Positions 58,507-64,000 of a DNA stretch of 64,000 bases are shown piece by piece (within the stretch, counting starts at the first letter, position 1; the number at the start of each line of letters is the position of its first letter). The stretch lies in NCBI GenBank assembly GCA_963692915.1, contig OY843584.1:864001-928000 (forward strand), in the 5' to 3' direction. The DNA is from Cenarchaeum sp. (GTDB lineage: Archaea > Thermoproteota > Nitrososphaeria > Nitrososphaerales > Nitrosopumilaceae). Below the pieces are notes generated by a model. That model was not told where the DNA came from and searched no databases. It worked only from the letters and a program-made list of their open reading frames with translations. Position numbers and translations under genes: made by a program.

Positions 58507-59184
58507 TTGAAGGACAATACAGACGAGTTTGCCGCAGGATTCATCAATGGACTAAAAACGGCAAGGGATGTGTATGCCAAGTGCCCTAGTTGTGAGTTCA
58601 TATTCTCTTTGCATGGCGCAGTGCTAATTCATGGTAAATCGCCGCCCAAGAGCATCCTGGCAAAGTCGCAAAAGCAGGTGGCGCAGGCACAAGACGAGCG
58701 GGACAATGCAAAAGAGCGTCTTAGCGATATCACATATAACCTGAATAATAAGATCGCAGCGGAGAAGATGGAACATGCCTACACCAAAAATAATGCAAAA
58801 GAGACTATACGACACTATAAAAAAGACATTGCTGCGGCTCAAAAAGAGGTAATAAAAGAAAAGGTGGACAAGGCGTTAATAAGTTCCCGCGGAGTAATCG
58901 AGAGCCACATAGCTGAGCTGTTCCCACACTTCCAGAAGACAAACATAAACCCGGTCGATCTGTGCGGTCTAGTGCCCACAAGACCGCTAGATTTTATCGT
59001 GTTCAACGGGCTATACAACAAAAACGTCAAAAGCATAACGTTCATGGACGTTAAAAAGGGACAAGGGCGCCTTACGCCTGTTCAGCAACAGGTAAAAAAC
59101 GCTATTCATGACGGTCATGTGGACTTTAAGACCATCAAAGTAAACTTTGGGAAGATAAAGGGCAGCGCAGTTGAATCTACGTGA
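58507..59184 (+). CDS. Holliday-junction-resolvase-like PD-(D/E)xK endonuclease (Endonuc_Holl type), low GC
   Basis: CPSC, coiled coil, SRGVIESHIAE, PLDFIVFNGL, ITFMDVKKG, LTPVQ. Confidence 0.8.
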   Translation: MKDNTDEFAAGFINGLKTARDVYAKCPSCEFIFSLHGAVLIHGKSPPKSILAKSQKQVAQAQDERDNAKERLSDITYNLNNKIAAEKMEHAYTKNNAKETIRHYKKDIAAAQKEVIKEKVDKALISSRGVIESHIAELFPHFQKTNINPVDLCGLVPTRPLDFIVFNGLYNKNVKSITFMDVKKGQGRLTPVQQQVKNAIHDGHVDFKTIKVNFGKIKGSAVEST

Positions 59185-59435
59185 CTGGCAACCGCTGCAC
59201 ATATGTTCACGCGAAAATCGACCCTGTCTCATAATCTAATTCTGGGCGCGCCGCATCCTAGCGCGCCGACTGCGCGCCGGGAGCCCCACGTCCCACGAGG
59301 TCAACGCCTCCACCGCCCATTTGGCCAAATTAGCACATGGCCGGAGAAACCCGCCGTGCCACAGGCGAACCCAGGGATCCGATTCTGGGAAGAGAGCCAC
59401 ACTTAATAGGTCACACACAGCCCACGTGTCGCATA

Positions 59436-59909
59436 ATGGCAATCCAGGTGGGTCAAAAGGCACCGGACTTTGAGCTCCACGACACTGACCTAAAGCCCGT
59501 CACGCTCGCTGGCCTCAGGGACGGCGGCGGCAAGGTCGTCCTCTCGTTCATTGTAGCTGCAAGCTCGCCGGTCTGCGAAAAGGAGCTCTGCTCGTTTCGC
59601 GACTCGTGGGATGACATAAAGTCAGCAGGCGCAAAGGTGGTCGCGATAAGCAACGACGGGCCGTTTGCGAACAAGGCCTTTGCGCAGGCGCACTCGCTCA
59701 ACTTTCCGGTTCTCTCCGACCACGACAGCCGCGCCATACGCGAGTACGGCGTGCTCATGGAGGACCTCTTGCACATAAAGGGCTACAATGCCGCAAAGCG
59801 CTCAGTCTTTGTCATTAACGAGGACGGCACAGTCGGCTATGCGTGGGTGTCTGATGACCCGCTAGTCGAGCCCAACTATGCCGAGATTCTCGACTATGTG
59901 AAATCCTAG
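59436..59909 (+). CDS. Peroxiredoxin (AhpC/TSA, BCP-like)
   Basis: VGQKAPDFEL, SPVCEKELC, AKRSVFVI. Confidence 0.92.
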   Translation: MAIQVGQKAPDFELHDTDLKPVTLAGLRDGGGKVVLSFIVAASSPVCEKELCSFRDSWDDIKSAGAKVVAISNDGPFANKAFAQAHSLNFPVLSDHDSRAIREYGVLMEDLLHIKGYNAAKRSVFVINEDGTVGYAWVSDDPLVEPNYAEILDYVKS

Positions 59910-60415
59910 GATATCTCGGCGACTGTGTCGCCCTTGGCCACAATGTCACCGGTCTTTATCGCAATAGATGAGACCTTGCCGGCCTTTGCCGACTTTATGC
60001 CGACTTGCATCTTCATCGACTCTAGCGTGCATATCGTGTCGCCTTCGGCAACGTCATCGCCGGCGCTCACTGCGACAGAGACGACCTTGCCGGGTATCTG
60101 GCTCTTTAGCGTCCCGCCGCCGGCGGCCTCGGAGCGCCCAGAGTTCATGTAGACAATGTCATCGAGGCCCGTGTGGCGAAACGCGCTCACCTGTCGGCCA
60201 TCAAGGATCATCCTGGTCTCAAGGGCCTCGCCGGGGAAATACGCGACGCGGTGCGGCACGTCATCGAGCATAAAGTCCATGCCGCGCGAGTCAGACGAGA
60301 CGACGCGCAAGAGTCGATCTTTGCCGTCAATGCGCACGACATACTCGCCGGCGCCTGCACTGCCGACGATCGAGCACTCGCGCTCGCCGTCAATGCCGCC
60401 AATCCTGTACCTCAT
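59906..60415 (-). CDS. accB: Acetyl/propionyl-CoA carboxylase biotin carboxyl carrier subunit
   Basis: ESMKM biotinylation motif. Confidence 0.92.
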   Translation of the reverse strand: MRYRIGGIDGERECSIVGSAGAGEYVVRIDGKDRLLRVVSSDSRGMDFMLDDVPHRVAYFPGEALETRMILDGRQVSAFRHTGLDDIVYMNSGRSEAAGGGTLKSQIPGKVVSVAVSAGDDVAEGDTICTLESMKMQVGIKSAKAGKVSSIAIKTGDIVAKGDTVAEIS

Positions 60416-61905
60416 TGCTGACCAGGCCTCCCGCGCCACCGCGGTTGTGCGGCAACCCCGCCCTCGACTGTGCGCACCGCGTGCTCTTGGCGCATCGCAG
60501 CGGCCGCAAGGGCCGCGTCGGCGAGGTTTTTCGTCTCAGCGGCAATGTCAGCCTTTAGGCGCTCTATGATCCCATAGCGCGACAAAAAGTCAGTCGACAG
60601 GTCGCCGCGCGCAAACTCTGCAGAGCGCAGGATTGTCCGGTATAGCGGTATTGACGTCTCGACGCCGTGTATGTCAAAGGAGTCGAGTGCGGCGAGCATG
60701 CGTCGCGTGGCCTCGGGCGTGTCCTGGCCCCACGTGCACAGCTTTGCCATGAGCGAGTCATAGTACGGCGAGACCGTGCAGCCAGGAAAGAGGTACGTGT
60801 CGCAGCGCACGCCCGGACCGGCCGGAATCTCGACGTGCGGCACAGGACCCGTTGACGGCGCAAAGTCCATGAACGTGTCCTCGGCGTTTATCCTGCACTC
60901 GATCGCGCACCCGTTAGGAGATATGGAGCCGGCCTTGAAGGGCAGCGGCTCGCCGTTGGCTATGTCAAGCTGCATCTTTACGAGGTCCATGCCCGAGACT
61001 AGCTCCGTCACCGGATGCTCGACCTGGAGTCGCGCGTTTATCTCTATAAAGTAGAACGTCCCGTCATCCAGGCGAAGGAACTCGGCGGTCCCGAGGTTTG
61101 TGTATCCCACGGCAGCCGCCGCCTTTGCTGCTAGCGCGCCGATTCGCTCGCGCGTCTCGGCGTCAACTACGGGGGAGGGCGACATCTCGATCAGCTTTTG
61201 GTTCCTTCGCTGTATCGAGCACTCGCGCTCAAAGATATGCGCAGACGCGCCGTGCGTGTCGCATGCGAGCTGGAACTCTATATGCCTGATCTTTTCGAGG
61301 AACTTTTCGACTAGTATTGCGGACTTGCCAAAGGCGGCCATCGATTCGCCGGTCACAGAGTCAAAGTTCTCGCGCAGCTCGGCGTCGCTTCCGCACAGGC
61401 GTATGCCGCGCCCGCCGCCGCCATAGACGGACTTTAGGAGGACTGGGTACCCGATGTCGTTTGCGACCGAGAGTGCCTCGTCAACGTCGGCGACTAGTCC
61501 CAAGCTGCCGGGAACCGTCGGCACGCCCGCCTTTTCCATGGCGGCCTTGCACTTCATCTTGTCGCCGCACAGCGACATCGACTGCGCGCTCGGGCCAATG
61601 AACGTAATGTTCTCCTTTTCGCACCTGCCCGCAAAGTCATAGTTCTCCGATAGGAACCCGTATCCCGGATGGACCGCATCGGCGCCAGATGCGGCGACTG
61701 CGGCCATCACGCTGTCCTGGTTTAGGTAGCTGCTAGACGGCGCGGCAGCGCCAATGTGGTACGCCTCGTCGGCCTTTTTGACGTGGAGTGAGTTCCGGTC
61801 CTCATCCGAATAGACTGCGACTGTCGCTATTCCAAGTGCGCGGCACGTCCGCATGACCCGTAGCGCTATCTCGCCCCTGTTTGCTATGAGAACCTTTTCA
61901 ATCAT
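60412..61905 (-). CDS. accC: Acetyl/propionyl-CoA carboxylase biotin carboxylase subunit
   Basis: IANRGEIA, HPGYGFLSEN, GGGGRG, EINARLQVEH. Confidence 0.96.
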   Translation of the reverse strand: MIEKVLIANRGEIALRVMRTCRALGIATVAVYSDEDRNSLHVKKADEAYHIGAAAPSSSYLNQDSVMAAVAASGADAVHPGYGFLSENYDFAGRCEKENITFIGPSAQSMSLCGDKMKCKAAMEKAGVPTVPGSLGLVADVDEALSVANDIGYPVLLKSVYGGGGRGIRLCGSDAELRENFDSVTGESMAAFGKSAILVEKFLEKIRHIEFQLACDTHGASAHIFERECSIQRRNQKLIEMSPSPVVDAETRERIGALAAKAAAAVGYTNLGTAEFLRLDDGTFYFIEINARLQVEHPVTELVSGMDLVKMQLDIANGEPLPFKAGSISPNGCAIECRINAEDTFMDFAPSTGPVPHVEIPAGPGVRCDTYLFPGCTVSPYYDSLMAKLCTWGQDTPEATRRMLAALDSFDIHGVETSIPLYRTILRSAEFARGDLSTDFLSRYGIIERLKADIAAETKNLADAALAAAAMRQEHAVRTVEGGVAAQPRWRGRPGQQ

Positions 61906-61911
61906 GGCAGA

Positions 61912-63459
61912 TCACAGGTTAATGTTCCCGTGCTTTCGGGGCACATGCGACTTGCGCTTGTCAGATAGCATGTCAAGGGCAGAGATGATCGACGCGCGCG
62001 TCATGGCGGGGTCGATAACGGCATCTATCGTGCCGTGCGAGGCGGCCCTGTAGGGGTTGTCGAACTTTTCGGCAAACTCGGCAGTCAGGCGCGACTTTAG
62101 CTCCTCAGGCGTGTCAGAGGCGGCAATATCCTTGCGGTTCATGATCCTCACGGCAGCCTCTGCCCCGAGGACCGCGCAGCGCGCAGTGGGCCACGCATAG
62201 TTGACGTCGGTCCCGAGGTTCTTGCTGCCCATGGCGATGTATGCCCCGCCGTAGGCTTTTCCCACAACGAGCGTGACCTTTGGGACAGTCGCCTCACAGT
62301 ACGCATAGAGGAGCTTGCTCCCGTGGCGTATGATTCCGTTGTGCTCCTGGTCTGAGCCCGGCATATAGCCTGGCGTGTCCACAAGTGTGATGATTGGTAT
62401 GTTGAACGCGTCGCAAAAGCGGATAAAGCGAGATGCCTTTGATGACGAGTTTATGTCCAGCGCGCCGGCGAGGACCATCGGCTGGTTTGCGACAATGCCA
62501 ACGCTTCTCCCGTCCATGCGCGCGTACCCGACGATAATGTTCTGCGCAAACCCTTCGTGAACCTCGAGGAACTCGTGGTTGTCGACGATCGAGCGGATTA
62601 TCTCCTTCATGTCATATGGAGTCTGCATGTCCTCGGGCAGGACCGAGACTAGCGCATTGTCGGTGCGCGCTGCGTCATCAGACGGCTTTAGGCGGGGAGG
62701 ATCCGTGGCGTTGTTCTGCGGCAGGAACGCGAGAAGCTCGCGTATGCGCTCCATGCACTCGTACTCGTTGGCCGCGACAAAGTGCGCAACGCCGCTCCTC
62801 GTCCCGTGCGAGTCGGCCCCGCCGAGCTCCTCAGCGCTTATCTCCTCGCCGAGGACCGTCTTGACCACGTCCGGGCCGGTCACAAACATCGTTGCCGTCT
62901 TTTTGACCATGACGACAAAGTCAGTCATCGCCGGAGAGTAGACCGAGCCGCCGGCTGACGGCCCAATGCTCGCAGTTATCTGCGGGATGACGCCAGAGGC
63001 CATGCGGTTGTGGTAAAAGATGTCGGCAAACCCGTCAAGGCTCATTATGCCCTCCTGTATTCGCGCGCCGCCAGAGTCCATGATGCCCACTATGGGACAG
63101 CCGACATCGACGGCGTGGCGCATGAGCTTTGTTATCTTTTTGGCGCCCATCTGGCTCAGCGTCCCGCCGAGGATCGTAAAGTCGTACGCAAAGACAAAGG
63201 TCTTGCGCCCCAGGACCGTCCCATACCCGCCGACGACGCCATCACCGGCGAACTTTTTCTTTTGCATGTCAAACTCGTGATAGTGGTGCGTGACGAGGGC
63301 GTCGATCTCAAAGAACGAGCCCTCATCGAGGAGGAGGTCTATCCTCTCCCTGGCCGTCAGCTTGCCCTTGTCATGCTGTGCGCGTATGCGATCCTGTCCC
63401 CCGCCCTCATTGGCCTGTCGCCTGTGGCGTGCCAGTGTGTCCATCTTTTCAGAATGCAT
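61912..63459 (-). CDS. pccB: Acetyl/propionyl-CoA carboxylase carboxyltransferase subunit
   Basis: GKLTARERI, DSGGARIQEG, GKAYGGAYIAM, RKHGNINL. Confidence 0.95.
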   Translation of the reverse strand: MHSEKMDTLARHRRQANEGGGQDRIRAQHDKGKLTARERIDLLLDEGSFFEIDALVTHHYHEFDMQKKKFAGDGVVGGYGTVLGRKTFVFAYDFTILGGTLSQMGAKKITKLMRHAVDVGCPIVGIMDSGGARIQEGIMSLDGFADIFYHNRMASGVIPQITASIGPSAGGSVYSPAMTDFVVMVKKTATMFVTGPDVVKTVLGEEISAEELGGADSHGTRSGVAHFVAANEYECMERIRELLAFLPQNNATDPPRLKPSDDAARTDNALVSVLPEDMQTPYDMKEIIRSIVDNHEFLEVHEGFAQNIIVGYARMDGRSVGIVANQPMVLAGALDINSSSKASRFIRFCDAFNIPIITLVDTPGYMPGSDQEHNGIIRHGSKLLYAYCEATVPKVTLVVGKAYGGAYIAMGSKNLGTDVNYAWPTARCAVLGAEAAVRIMNRKDIAASDTPEELKSRLTAEFAEKFDNPYRAASHGTIDAVIDPAMTRASIISALDMLSDKRKSHVPRKHGNINL

Positions 63460-63517
63460 TGCGCGCGTTGCGCGCGCCCGAGGCAGCATATATTAATTTA
63501 GGCAGTCGAGGCGGCGC

Positions 63518-64000
63518 TCATTCCCTGAGCTTTGAGCGGCCGCCCTTGGCGGTCCTAAAGACGTTCATGCCCAGATGATAGTTCTCATACAGGTGGTCAA
63601 GCGTCCGGACGCCCTCCTCGGCGGCCGCACGCTCGCCGCCTGACGCGTCAGGATCGGCCATGAGGCGCTCAAGCTCGGCCCTCTTTTGGCCCCTAAACTC
63701 GTCAATGCTGTTCTCATAGTTGCTCATGCCCCCGAACTCGGGGCTCAGGACGTGCTTTGGCACGTATGCGGGCGTGTTGTCCCTGTATGACTCTACATTC
63801 CTGGAGATCTCCTCGATCTCCTCAGGCGTGTACACGCGTGGCTCGGGCTCGGCCTCTTCCTCAGGCTCCTCGGTCTTTGCCGGAACCTCAGGCGTCTCTC
63901 CTGCAGGCGTGTCTGCACCCTTTGCCTCCGGGGCGCTGGCAGCCTTTGCGTCGGCCTTTGGCTCATCAGCTGCTGCAGGCGGGTTTTTGCACGCTGCACC
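63518..64000 (-). CDS. Hypothetical protein, partial (5' end outside window)
   Basis: Frame open from the window edge through an Ala/Glu/Pro linker into the listed 63518-63835 ORF. Confidence 0.65.
   Translation of the reverse strand, partial: GAACKNPPAAADEPKADAKAASAPEAKGADTPAGETPEVPAKTEEPEEEAEPEPRVYTPEEIEEISRNVESYRDNTPAYVPKHVLSPEFGGMSNYENSIDEFRGQKRAELERLMADPDASGGERAAAEEGVRTLDHLYENYHLGMNVFRTAKGGRSKLRE

Overview
GC-rich archaeal chromosomal segment whose gene content points to an ammonia-oxidising archaeon (Nitrososphaerota/Thaumarchaeota, probably Nitrosopumilaceae; a host-associated Cenarchaeum-like lineage is an inference from GC richness and surface proteins). It carries the acetyl/propionyl-CoA carboxylase trio, a nuoABCDHIJKMLN operon without nuoEFG, aIF5A, SRP54, Alba, prefoldin, thiC/thiDN, aroC/tyrA, sulfite/nitrite reductase and four tRNAs. 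Accessory inserts: (1) a 1,092-bp IS481-like element with 25-bp terminal inverted repeats and a 16-bp target duplication over the probable start codon of a collagen-like gene; (2) between thiDN and thiC, an unannotated 31-aa Zn-finger ORF and a tandemly duplicated 66-aa ORF overlapping a PycTM-like membrane protein; (3) a ~7-kb defence-type island with an AAA_14-like ATPase, a 34-bp TATA-containing tandem repeat, a (CTCCGAG)x~18 near-palindromic microsatellite and a Type ISP restriction-modification enzyme whose specificity segments are AT-rich patches; (4) a Panacea/SocA-like ORF and a low-GC resolvase-like nuclease. RNA features outside the ORF track include a box C/D guide RNA predicted to methylate C34 of a CAU-anticodon tRNA and a tRNA-Glu with a 22-nt T-loop intron. 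All family assignments are from motif recognition by eye; no searches were run.
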